Assembly: GCA_009914755.4 (NCBI GenBank)
Contig: CP086569.2
Coordinates: forward strand, 6,752,001-6,816,000
DNA length: 64,000 nucleotides
Origin: the human T2T-CHM13v2.0 reference genome, Homo sapiens
Direction: 5' to 3'
The notes under the pieces were generated by a model that saw only the letters and a program-made list of their open reading frames with translations, was not told the origin of the DNA and made no database searches. The translations under genes were made by a program, and so were the position numbers. Positions 1 to 11,165 of this stretch are shown in pieces (position 1 is the stretch's first letter; every line of letters starts with the position of its first letter).

Positions 1-244
1 TCAAGGTGGGCAGATCACCTGAGATCAGGAGTTTGAGACCAGCCTGACCAACATGGCAAAAACTCATTTGTACAAAACATACAAAAAGTAGCCAGACATA
101 GTGGTGTATGCCTGTAGTCCCAGCTACTCGGGAGGTTGAGGCAGGTGAATAGCTTGAAACTGGGAAGCAGAAGCTGCAGTGAGCCAAGATCTCACCACTG
201 TACTCCAGCCTGGGCAATGAAGCAATATCTTGTCTCAAAAAAAA
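1..244 (+). mobile_element. Alu SINE, 5'-truncated by the window start
   Basis: Canonical right-arm Alu sequence ('gtagtcccagctactcgggaggttgaggcagg ... cactgtactccagcctgggcaa') ending in an A-run at about 236-244. Confidence 0.9.
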
Positions 245-3217
245 GAAAGCCACTCTCCCTTCTTTGCCCTCTAGTGGGTGTTAGCAGCCCAGGCTTTGCT
301 GTTGCTCCACTGGGGCCCTGGTTCCCTATTTATCTTGCTGCTTCTCTACCTTGCTGCTGTTTGGCGACATCAGTAAGCTTAGTCGAGGGCATCTGCTCTA
401 GAAAACACATGTTTACTGCACTTTTTCTATGTTTTGATATACAAATACCATTGTGTTACAGTTGCTGACAGTATTCGGTACAGTCACATGTTTCAGTATT
501 CAGTACAGTCAGGTTTGCAGCCTAGGAGAAATAGGCACTACCATCTAGCCTAGTTGTGCTGTAGACTGTGCCATCTAGGTTTGTGTAAGTACACTGTGTG
601 GTATCATACAACATTATATATCACATAATGACACACTTCTCAAAACTCATCCTTAGTATTAAGCTATGCATATATTTTCTTTGGCTACAACAGTTGTTAA
701 GACAGCATTCAAGTGAGGCTGAGAGCTCAGTCACAATTACTTTATTTAACTACTTTCCCAAGGACATGGATCTTGCACTCAGCTTTATAGCCAGCCTCAG
801 AAAACTTCCTAGTGACAACTAATAGGCTAGAGAAGCAGCAGAGTGGTCCGGAGGGGGCTCTTCCATTACCACATGCATGTGCATGAAACATTTCTCTTAT
901 CCTAGAAGCTCTTCGAGAAGATCATGTAACTGGTGATGAGGGCAATGTCTGGGGGCTGCTACACTTTGGCAGTGCAGTGATGAAAAAATGAGAACAAAGT
1001 TCTAAAGAATGACAATAGAAGAGTCTGAGGAATATGGGGGTTGGACCCTTGGCACATCCACTTCACAGGTTTCTGTGGGTTTGGCAAGCAGGGTCACCCT
1101 TATTTTTGTTGCAGGATTCACTTGCAGTATGGATTTCAAATGTGCTGGCATCAGAACCTGAAGAGGAAAAAACAAAAATTGTGAGTGTCCATCTCTTTGC
1201 CAGTTTGTCCTCAGCTTCGGAAAATGCTCTCAGTACTCACTGCACTGAGTTTTTCATGTGGCAACTTTGGTCAAAATTGCAGCATTCATTTCATCTATGA
1301 GAAAAAAAAAACCTACACCATCTTTCCATCTACATTTTATTAAATCATTACAATAGATGAAACAAGTCCTACAGAATTTTCTAGGCCAGTTAATGGCTGA
1401 TCATGGCACAGATGTGCAGGCAAAAAAACTGTTGGTTTAGGAAAGTTTTAGAGACCCAGGACGTGTGCTGTCTAATTTAGGAGCAGAGAGCGCTATTGTG
1501 ACAGCTGGTACAGCTTCTACTAGGGATGGTAACTCAGGCAACAGGGACCCTATGGTTGGCTGGCTACCTACACTCAACTCCAGGAAGTGCTGGAAGGGAG
1601 GGAGACCACAACTGTGAAAAACTACACCACCTCCCAATGTGTTTTCATGGGCAATGACACATGTTTATAGCAAGCAGCTCCTCCCCATCAGCATCTACTC
1701 ATGGAAAACTGTCATCTCAAGTCCCAAATTGGATACACATCCAGCCTCATTTAAATACACAGTACTACATGCCTGGTAACCCTTTGTGAAATTGAGCTCA
1801 TTCCGATCATGACCCTACATAAGATGATAAAGTGACAAATAATGTTTTTGTAAATACAGGAATGTATTTGTCCCAATGTGCTCAGCATTTCCTTCATGAG
1901 ACATTTTTATCAGGTGTGGATTTCAGGATGGTTTTGCTCTCGCATGCAGTATTTTCTAGAAAATAATTAAGAGTCTAATAATTGCTCACATTTTTCTCTT
2001 TACTCCCCTGCTAAGAAGCTCAAAGCCAAACTACCATCCATTTTAAATAGTTATCTGGGGCTAATTCTAGCTGGCTTTCTATTTCATTATCATTTTCCTT
2101 TAGTTCCTGTTTCATTTATTAATCAATTTCCCCATGTTGTTCTTCCAGAATATGACATGGTTTAAAAGGATACAGAACAAAAGGAAAAAAATGTGAGCAT
2201 CAGTCAGCAGTGTGAGAGCTAATGTGAATCCCATCAAAAGAATAATCTTGGGCACTGGTCATCATTCCAGCAATACACCTTCTTTCTGTTAGACCCTTTG
2301 AAACCACTGTCAGAATTATTCTTCCGATCCCCAAATATACTAGAATACTTGCTCCATCCCAGGTTGCAAGCTGTGTGTGGGGAATACAGAGGTGGAAAAC
2401 ATGAAGGAGGGTTGCCTTTCCAACCACAGACAGGGCAAATGACCCCAAAAAGCCTCCAAAGAGCCTCCAAAGCCCTCCACCCTTGGGGCTTGCTGACAAT
2501 CACAACCTCCTATGAGTCCCTCTCTGTTTCCTCACACCCTTAGGCATACTGCTTCTCTCCCTCCCACTCCAGGCTTGGTCCTGCCACTGGGCCTCTGCAA
2601 CTCTATTTTTCTGTCTGTAAGGCTCTTCTGATTTTCTTGTGGTTCCTACACTTGATTCGGGTCTCAATGCTAATGTTACCTCATGCTCAGGGAGACTCTG
2701 GGACAACCTCTCTAAAATCATGCTCCCAACCGTCCCTGATTTTTCTTCACAGCACTTCCCATTACCTGGATGGAATATCATATCATTATTTGTGTTTTTC
2801 ATTCTCTGTCTCTGCCACTACAGTGGAGAGTCTCAGTGGACAGGGAATGTGTCATAGTGACTGTACCCGATGCCCCAGATAACACCTGGTATATAGAGGG
2901 TGCTCAATCAACATGGGGAATGGGTCAGTACAGTCATGTTAAGTGCCTGACAGCAATGGGATGCAGCACTACTACTTTGGAGCACTCATTAAGATATGAG
3001 TACAAAGAAGGGTAGTAACAAGCTCAATTTTAAAAGAGATACATGCAGAGTTTGGGAGAATATTTTAGGGGAAAAAAAGAACATGAGAGTTATATGGAAA
3101 AGAGGCAGTCAGAAGTTGTGGCACTATGAGAGATGTGGTTGTAAAGAACTAAGAAAGCCTGAGCCAGGCTTGGTCCTGCCACTTTAAGGCAATAACAATA
3201 TTGCCTTTTACCAAGAA

Positions 3218-3500
3218 GGCAAGTGTGGTTCACACCTCTAACTAGTGCTTTAGGAGGCTGAAACAGGAAGATCGCTTGAGGCCAGAAATGCAGGACCAGC
3301 CTGGGAAATACAGAAAGACCCCATCTCTATGATAAAAATTTTAAAACAAGCCAGTTGTAGCAGTGTACACCTGTGGTCCCAGTAACTTGGCAAGCTGAAG
3401 TGAAAGGATTGCTTGAACCTAGGAGTTCAAGGCTGCAATGAACCATAATCACACCACTTCACTCCAGCCTAGGCAACAGTGAGATCCTACCTCAAAAAAA
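3218..3500 (+). mobile_element. Alu SINE, diverged (AluJ/S-like)
   Basis: Dimeric Alu structure with an A-rich linker, ending in an A8 run at 3493-3500. Many substitutions relative to young Alu. Confidence 0.85.
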
Positions 3501-3893
3501 AGGCAACTGCAATACTGTTGTGTCTCTGAAACATACGCATGCACTATGGGCTGTGGGAGAACATGGCACTCAGATCTTCCTCCCAGGGTTGGATTAAGGT
3601 GAATCTGGAGGAATCTTGGTCTGAGTTAACTCAGAGAAAGTGTGATGAGCTGCTCAAACAGTGGGTAAAGAGATTGAGCAATGGGGGAGGACTGGCCATG
3701 GATGACACAGCCAGATTTTGAGGAGAGCCTGGGTGGCTGACAAGGATGGTGGAGAGCTGGTTTTGCTAGGGTGGTAAACCTGCCTTTCCTGGAGCCAAGA
3801 CACCAGCTGGGAAAACTTCTAAAGAAGCCTTGCAGTTCTGGAGCAGCATTCCTGCTAGAGGGGGCTGGTGGCACATCAAAAAGATTTGATTCT

Positions 3894-4197
3894 GGCCGGG
3901 CACATTATGTTCACGCCTGTAATCCCAGCACTTTGGGAGGCTGAGGCGGGCGGATCACGAGGTCAGGAGATTGAGACCATGCTGGCTAACACAGTGAAAT
4001 CCCTTCTCTACTAAAAATACAAAAAATTAGCCGGGCGTGGTGGCAGGCGCCTGTAGTCCCAGCTACTCACTAGGCTGAGGCGGGAGAATGGCGTGAATCC
4101 GGGAGGCGGAGCTTGCACTGAGCCCAGATCGCGCCACTGCATTCCAGCCTGGGCGACAGGGCCAGACTCTGTCTCAAAAAAAAAAAAAACAAAAAAG
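3894..4197 (+). mobile_element. Alu SINE (AluS/Y-like) flanked by a 15-bp target-site duplication
   Basis: Starts 'ggccgggcacattatgttcacgcctgtaatcccagcactttgggaggctgaggcgggcggatcacgaggtcaggag' and ends in a poly-A tail at 4176-4197. The flanks are 'aaaagatttgattct' and 'aaaagacttgattct'. Confidence 0.95.
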
Positions 4198-4710
4198 ACT
4201 TGATTCTCACCAGGTCACCCACTGTTTATGAGGATGTCATGGATTCAAGCAAACTTGTGTGTGATTTCTGCGGTTCTTTTCAAACAGACTCTGGGCTGGG
4301 GTGTCATATGGTGGCTCTTTTTATTATTTTTTAGAAGTATTTATTATTTGAATTTTCTAGTCCAGAAATTATATTGTTAAAGTTTCATTTTCTCTATTAT
4401 AAAAATAATTCATACTTGTTAAAATGTGGAAAATAATTTTGCCTTATAGAAAAGTCAGGAAATATAAAAAACTTTAGAGAAGTATGAATGACTCATGGTC
4501 CCTCCACCCAGAGACAACCACTGTTAACATCTTACCATATATAAGTCATTTCATTTTATTTGATGAGTTTGAATAACTGAGATTTTGTTTTTTTAAAAAA
4601 AGCTGTATTTAGTATACTATATTTAAATGTATGTACAAGGAGGTTAGTCCAAAGAAACACAGTAATTTTTTATGTCTAGTGATAGGGAACTTTAAACAAT
4701 TGTTTTTGTT

Positions 4711-4996
4711 GTTGTTGTTGTTTCACGTGGTCTCACTCTGTTCCCCAGGCTTAGTCTTGGCTTCTTTACTCACTGCAACTTCTGCCTCTAGGGTTCAAGT
4801 GATTGTTGTGAGTCAGCCTCCCAAGTAGCTGAGATTACAAACATGCACCTCCAGGCCTGGCTAACTTTTGTGTTTTTAGTAGAGACAGAGTTGTACCATG
4901 TTGTCCAGGCTGGTCTCAAACTCCTAGCCTCATGTGATCCACCCACTTTGGCCTCCCAGAAGTGCTGGGATTACAGGCATGAGCCACAGCGCCTGG
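4711..4996 (-). mobile_element. Alu SINE
   Basis: Reverse-complement Alu. T-rich tail at 4711-4730, then 'gtctcactctgttccccaggct ... ctgggattacaggcatgagccacagcgcctgg'. Confidence 0.9.
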
Positions 4997-5028
4997 ATAA
5001 AACAATGTTTTTAAAAACTTGTACAATC

Positions 5029-5338
5029 AGGCCTGGCACAGTGACTCAAGCCTGTAATCCCAGCACTTTGGGAGGTCAAGGTGGAAGGCTCGCTTGAACC
5101 CACGAGTTTGAAACTAGCCTAAGACACATGGCAAGAGCCTATGTCTACAAAAAAAGTATATACAAAAATTAGCCAGGTGTGGTGGTACATGCCTATAATC
5201 TCAGCTACTTGGGAGGCTGAGGTGGGAGCATGAACTGGGCCCAGGAGGTGGAGGCTGCCACGAGCTATGATTGTCCCACTGCATTCCAGCCTGGGCAACA
5301 GAGTGAGATGCTGTTTTGAAAGGAAAAAGGAAAAAAAA
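5029..5338 (+). mobile_element. Alu SINE
   Basis: 'ggcctggcacagtgactcaagcctgtaatcccagcactttgggaggtcaagg ...' with an A-rich tail at about 5320-5338. Confidence 0.9.
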
Positions 5339-7435
5339 GTTCTACAGTCAACAGATGATATTCAAAGGACCTCTTAGTTAAAGCAAGCTTTCTTCTTCTA
5401 ATTCCAATACCACTGAGAGATTTTTCGCATCTCTTGATTGTTACAGTAGGTTTTCAGACACATATGAGTATGACAGGAAAAGGTCTCTGTCCCCAGGAAT
5501 GTGAGGCGACCATCAAGTTATTCTCAGGTGGTTGGTAAACTGTCTCTCTAACATAATTATTGGTTTCAGCTGCTACCAGCAGAAGGCAGTCTCCAAATAG
5601 ATAGAAACACCGGAAACTGTCGATCAGCAGCTTCCCCATAAAATCTCAGGGGTTGGGAAAGTGGGCTCAAGTATGCACAATGTGAGGCAAGATGGAAGAA
5701 TCTTTCTGGCATATGACCTTCCTCTAGGAACACTGAGCTGGTGAGCATGCACAAAACTCCAGGAAACACTGCACATGTGGCCTCTCCCAAATGGTAGCAG
5801 GCCACTATTGCATGCAGACAGCCTGCCCCAAGAGAATAATCATGGAAGAAGGGATGCAAGACCCCAGAAACCGTGGCAACATATAAGATCCGACATCAAG
5901 GTCTAAACAGTGCACTTGACTCTCTCAAGTTGCCTGCTTGGCCCTCTTCCAAGTGTACTTAACTCCCTTTCATTCCTCTTCTAAAGCTTTTTAATAAACT
6001 TTCCCTCTTGCTCTGAAACATGGCTCAGTCTGTCACTCTCCCTTATGCCTCTCAGTGGAATTCTTTCTTTTAAGGAGGCAAGAAGTGAGGATCTTTCAGA
6101 CCTATGTGGATTCACCACTGCTAACATGAGGAGGTGGGCGGCTCACTCCAGGACTCATTTCCTAGAGGAAGAAGTAGGGGCTGGACTGCACTTCCCCAGC
6201 CACAGCCCAGGAGGCTTTTCCAAGCATGTTGTTAAGGACTCCATTCCTCTTAACCTTTTCTAACCATTGCCCTTGACTCATTTGCTATGCTCTGCTTCCT
6301 GTTTTCTTTCCTGAGAAAAGACATCAGCTAAATGCATTATGGACTAGAGCCTCTTCAGTCCTCACTCAGTTTTGGACTTCCCTCTTTTCTCTCCTCTCCT
6401 GTTCCTCACACACCTCCACGGAGCTCCAATGGCAGTCCTGCAGCAAACCCAGGAGGGTCCCAGCACTGAAATGAAAAGTCACTTAGTCCTGGTGCTGAGC
6501 TAACAAGCAATGGCACAGAACTTGTGCTGGCAGAGGGCTGCACATTTACATTTTATTTATTGAACCTGCTTGCTTTCTGCAGCTGCATTCTGTTGATGTC
6601 TCTGAAGGACGATGAATGAAGTCAATGGTTTCAGATAATTCCAGGAGGACATGTCACTGTCTGAGCCCAAGGCATAGCCACTCCCAGTGGCTGTGTACCC
6701 AGAGAGCCTCCCTACTATTTACTTGCAATCACTGTCTTTCTGAACAGGATGGGGTTGACCATGAGGACCAGCAGCAGGGGCAGGTACCTGGTAACACAGT
6801 GGGGGATGGAGTGGTCCAGGCCCAGCTTACACCTGAGAGAGGAAAACCAAATCATTCTTCTCAAAAACAAAGCTTTGGCCACTTACCTGGAAGCCAAGAT
6901 AAGAGGATGAAAACAGAAAGGGAAATGCGTAAATCTGCTTCTGACTGCTCAAAGGAAATGAGAGTCATTTGTCATGTCTGGAACAAGCAGTTAATTGCAG
7001 GATAGTAAGGGAGATCAGCTATGTTTCTGTCTCAGAAATGGGATGTCCTCTAAGGTGTTCCAATGGAGAGAGCTTTTAAAGGTTCCTGCTGGGAAAAGGT
7101 GGAAAAGGAAATGACACTCTGGGATGGTGGATTCCCTCCACTGGGTCTCAGTGAAAAAACAAAGGCACTCCATTAAGTAGTTTGGTTTTGAGGGGTTACT
7201 ACATGGCTTTGGGCAATAACACAAATAAGATACAGTCACTGGGCTTGAACAACCCAAAATATATCAGCTATGTATTTCAGAGAAAATGTATTCTCATGGT
7301 TATGGATAACAATAGTTTCAGAGATTCTTGTCAGGGAAGAGGACAATGATTTCTACTGATGGCTCATAGGAGTCACTGGTCATCACAGAACATGCTGGAG
7401 GGCCTCACAATCATGTTATTATTATAAAGTTTCGG

Positions 7436-7909
7436 TGCTGCAAAAGAAATAGCACTCAAATATAAGATTTTCTTTTTAATTCTCAGCAAGGCAAGGTACT
7501 TCTATAGAAGGGTGCACCCTTACAGATGGAGCAATGGTGAGCGCACACCTGGAAAAGGGAGGGGAAGGGGTTCTTATCCCTGAGGCCCATAGCCTCCTGC
7601 CGTGTCGTTTCCCTCTTGGCTAGGGTTAGACCGCACAGGTTAAACTAGTTCTGATTGACTAATTTAAAGAGAATGATGGGATGAGTGGTTTGGCGGGAAA
7701 AATGTCTATGAAATTAGTCAGGGTGGAGCAGGTAATCAGAATGAGTCAGGATGGAGAATGAGTTAGGGTGGAGAATGAGTCAGGGTGGAGCAGGTAATTG
7801 GAAAAGGTTGCATTACATGGAAGTTAAGTTCAAAAGTAGAAGGCAAAGAATTAAACACATTGACATATTCTTTGAAGATAAATTTAGAATTCAGAATTCG
7901 TATTTAACA
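7436..7909 (-). mobile_element. ERV LTR copy in inverted orientation relative to the downstream provirus remnant
   Basis: Reverse complement of the LTR at 10414-10924. Matched segments include 7497-7585 versus the reverse complement of 10790-10875 (about 90% identical). The terminal 'tgctgcaaaagaaatagcac' at 7436 matches the reverse complement of '...gtgctatttcttttgcggca' at 10905-10924. Confidence 0.75.
7713..7800. promoter_or_regulatory. Tandem array of AP-1/TRE consensus heptamers (TGA[C/G]TCA) inside the inverted LTR copy
   Basis: Repeated 'gagaatgagtcagggtggagcaggtaat' units contain TGAGTCA three times plus degenerate TTAGTCA and TGAGTTA. The array is homologous to the one at 10530-10650. 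Confidence 0.6.
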
Positions 7910-7989
7910 TTACCAAGGTAACAACCGTTAGCTGTGAAATGCTTAAGGTAGGAGAGAAACAAAATGGCACAGAGGAAAAGAGAACTGAA

Positions 7990-8352
7990 AGGTAAAGGGG
8001 TAGGATAAAAATAGGTGCTAAAGGAAATTTCTCAGTAAGAAGGCACCAAGGACTATAAAGCCCACTGCTGACGTCCCCACATTTAAAACAAAAGGTCAAT
8101 TTCTTAGAAATTACATACTTAGTTTATCTTCCACTTTCCTTTTCCTGAAAACTAAAGTCTTTTAGCACAGGTACCACTCCTAGAATTTCTGGTAAACCAG
8201 CACCAGCCTGAGGATCACATTCTCATCAAAGGGTGGAAAGAAGGAAAACCCCAGCCAGCCTGGGAAGGAATCTACTTTGTGCTGCTAACCACGGAGACTC
8301 CTGTTCATACAGTGGAAGGGGATGGATTCATCACACCCGAGTCAAGAAAGCG
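7990..8352 (+). pseudogene. Retroviral pol remnant: integrase C-terminal region (gamma-retrovirus-like)
   Basis: Translation '...FLVNQHQPEDHILIKGWKEGKPQPAWEGIYFVLLTTETPVHTVEGDGFITPESRKR' parallels the MLV-type integrase C-terminus '...[40 protein letters not shown]'. The frame is interrupted upstream. Confidence 0.6.
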
Positions 8353-8399
8353 CCACCCCCTCCAGAGTCGTGGGGTGTAGTCCCAGGGGAAAACCCTAC

Positions 8400-10330
8400 C
8401 AAACTAAAGCTAAGAAAAATTTAACTCTTTCATCTATTCTATTTCTCTTTCTTCTTTGCTCTATTGCTGACCTAGTTATTAACATAACCTAGTCAATTTT
8501 GCCTCAAACTATTGCATTTAATGCTTGCCTTGTTATACCCTTGGGGACTTGCCAAGTCAGAGACAGCTCTCTACTTCAGAAAGGTATCTCTGTCCCTCCT
8601 GACTCTCCTCAGACCGAGCATTAGTGTATTGGGACCATTTAATCCAGAGAGATTTCAGTAAAGGCCTCAGTGTCAGCCAGGAGTCTTGCTCCCCCATGTA
8701 GAGCTTTTATGCCATAGTTGGTCCAATGATCTGTGGACCATTAAAGAGCAAGAATGGACTGCCCCAACCAGTTTTTGTAATTTCCTAAAACCATACATTC
8801 ATTTTACTAGAGGAACAGCCCTCCCTAACCGTCAGCTAAACCAGTGTAATTCTATACAGGTTATTATCTCAAACCCTCAAAGTTCTTCCCCATTCCTAAG
8901 CCGGTTCCCTTCTTTAAGCTGGTTTTATGGTATGGGGGCTGAGATTCCAAGGGCAGACCTCGTTAGATTCTTTGAAATATGTTACTTTGATCCCCCACCA
9001 CCTGAACCTTTCTCTAAGCCTTCTTTCAAAACCCCTCGTGATAGAAAAATTGCTCCTCCTCCATCTAATGACAAGACCAAGATAGCTATCATAAAATTTA
9101 CAGACTTAAACTTTGGCAATTAAGACAGGATACCAAGATGCAAATGCCTAGTTGGGATGGATCCAATATTCCTTCTGCATGTTAAACAACAGCAATTGTT
9201 ATGCTTGGGTGAATGGCAGGCCAGAGGCCCAGATTGTCCCCTTTCCCCTAGGGTGGTCCTCCAGTTGACTGGGTGTGGGCTGTATGGTAGCTCTTTTCCT
9301 GGATTCTACAGCCTGGAGTAATAAGTCATGCCAAGCTCTCTCTCACTGTATCCTGAAGTCTGGCACCCTGCAGGTCAGCCCCCAAGGGCCAACAAGCCTC
9401 CGTCTCCCAACACTAAGTTCATTTCGTGTCTCTCAGACAGGGAGGAAACTTTGTGTTACTTGGAGACCTGAAGGAATGCAGTGAGCTTAAGAATTTTCAA
9501 GAGCTTATCAATCAGTCAGCCCTTGTTCGTCCCTGAGCAGATGTTTGGTGGTATTGTAGTGGATTTTTACTGGACACTCTGCCAAATAACTAGATTGGCA
9601 CTTGTGCTTTAGTCCAGTTGGCTATCCCTTTCACCCTGGCATTTCATCAACAAGAGGAAGGAAAGAATAAGACACTGTAAAGTGAGAGAAGCCCCTTATG
9701 GGTCCTTCGACTCTCATATCTATTTAGACACAATTAGGGTCCCATGGGGAATACCAGTCAATTTAAAGCCTGAAATCAAATAGCTGCAGGATTTGAGTCA
9801 ATATTTTGCTAAGCGACAATTAATAAAAATATAGATTGGATAGACTACATCTACTACAAACCAACAGCGATTTATTAACTACACTAGAGATGCTGTTAAG
9901 GGAATAACTGAGCAATTAAGGGGTAATAGCCAGATGGCTTGGGAAAATAGGATAGCCTTAGACATGACATTAGCAGAAAGAGGAGGAGTTTTCATCATGA
10001 TTAAAACTCAGTGTTGCACCTTCATCCCAAACAACATGGTCCCTCATGGAAGTATAACAAAGGCATTGCAAGGTCTAACTGCTCTGTCCAATGTGTTTGC
10101 CAAAAACTCAGGGGTAATTGACCCCTTTACAGAATGACTACAATAGTGATTCGGTACATGGAAAAAGGTAATATCCTTAATTCTTACTTCCCTCACAACC
10201 GTAATGGGTATACTTATTCTTGTCGGGTGCCGTGTCATATCATGCATCCATGGATTGGTGCAGAGGCTCAACACTTACTAAAACCTCCCCTAACTATCCT
10301 CTGCCTTATCCAGAGAAGCTGCTTCTTTTG
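8400..10330 (+). pseudogene. Retroviral env remnant (SU and TM), multiply disrupted
   Basis: ORF fragments run 8686-9123 and 9275-9484. The TM subunit (9890-10330) contains 'ENRIALDMTLAERGGVFIMIKTQCCTFIPNN', an immunosuppressive-domain and CX6CC-like motif of class I ERV Env with the first Cys replaced by Phe. A hydrophobic membrane anchor 'ISLILTSLTTVMGILILVGC' follows. Confidence 0.7.
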
Positions 10331-10413
10331 GAAAACCAAGCAAAACAACTAAGCCAAGACATATTAAAAAGTTTGAAATGAAAGAGCTGTAAGGAAATGC
10401 AAAAGGAGGGATT

Positions 10414-10924
10414 GTTAGATACAAGTTCTAAATTTCTTTTCAAGGAATCAGTATGTCAGTAGGTTCAATTCTTTGTCTTCTATTTTTAAACTTAACTTCC
10501 TCATAAAGCCACCTTTGTCGATTAGCTGTTCCACTCTGACTCATTTCAATCACCTGCTCCACCCTGACTCATTCCAATTACCTGCTCCACCCTGACTCAT
10601 TCCGATTACCTGCTCCACCCTGACTCAATCCAATTACCTGCTCTGTTATAACCATTTTTTCCCACCAAACCACTCACCCCATCACTGTCTTGAAATTAGC
10701 CAATGAGGATTAGTTTAGTCTGTGTGGTCTAACCCTAGCTAATAGGGGAACAACACAGCAGCAGGGGCCACGGGCATCAGGGATAAGAACCCCTTGCCCT
10801 CCCTTGTCCAGGTGTGTGCTCACCACTGCTCCATCTGTAAGGGCCCATTCTTCTATAGAAGTACCTTGCCTTGCTGAGAATTAAAAAGAAAATTTTATAT
10901 TCAAGTGCTATTTCTTTTGCGGCA
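10414..10924 (+). mobile_element. ERV 3' LTR (TG...CA, about 511 bp) preceded by a polypurine tract
   Basis: The PPT 'aaaaggaggg' lies at 10401-10410, directly upstream. The LTR starts 'tgttagatac' and ends '...ttttgcggca'. It is homologous in reverse complement to 7436-7909. Confidence 0.75.
10530..10650. promoter_or_regulatory. Four tandem 29-bp repeats, each carrying an AP-1/TRE consensus TGACTCA
   Basis: Units of 'cctgctccaccctgactcattccaattac' occur four times (TGACTCAT three times, TGACTCAA once). This is a likely LTR U3 enhancer repeat. Confidence 0.6.
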
Positions 10925-11165
10925 CTTGAACTTTATTTACAACATACACCATGGGTCAGCAAACTTTTTTTGTAAAGGAACATATAGTAAATATTTTTAG
11001 CATCATGGGCCACACTGTGGTCTCCGTTGCAACTACCACTCGACTCTAATGTAGTGCAAAAGCAGCCACAGGCAGTACATAAAGAAATGGATGTGTCTGT
11101 AATCCAATAAGACTTTATTTACAAAAACAGATGCGGCCCAGATTTGTCCTGAGGGCTGCCCTGTG
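10925..11165. repeat. Possible ancient non-autonomous DNA-transposon-like repeat (family not determined)
   Basis: The segment '...ggtcagcaaactttttttgtaaaggaacatatagtaaatatttttagcatcatgggccacactgtggtctc ... ccaataagactttatttacaaaaacagatgcggcccagatttgtcc' resembles a widespread mammalian interspersed repeat. I could not name it with confidence. Confidence 0.3.

Noticed and set aside
5650-6300. A possible unclassified LTR, with an AATAAA-containing segment 'ctaaagctttttaataaactttccctcttgctc' and flanking sequence that looks like an LTR R/U5 region
   Set aside because: I could not match it to any repeat consensus I know. I found no terminal TG...CA boundaries or TSD. I have left it unannotated as a feature and flag it only as a candidate for a RepeatMasker check.
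6616-7005. A 129-aa plus-strand ORF. On the opposite strand there is a hydrophobic stretch '[16 protein letters not shown]' reminiscent of a GPCR TM7 NPxxY motif. A 36-bp segment at 6752-6787 has AG and GT splice-like boundaries
   Set aside because: The minus-strand reading frame hits stop codons within 15 codons on either side. No other GPCR motifs are present. The plus-strand ORF is low-complexity with no recognisable domain. Splice-like dinucleotides occur by chance at this density.
10530-10650. Regularly spaced 29-bp direct repeats that superficially resemble a CRISPR array
   Set aside because: The repeats are contiguous, with no unique spacers between them. They lie inside a retroviral LTR in a primate genome. 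They are enhancer-type tandem repeats containing AP-1 motifs.
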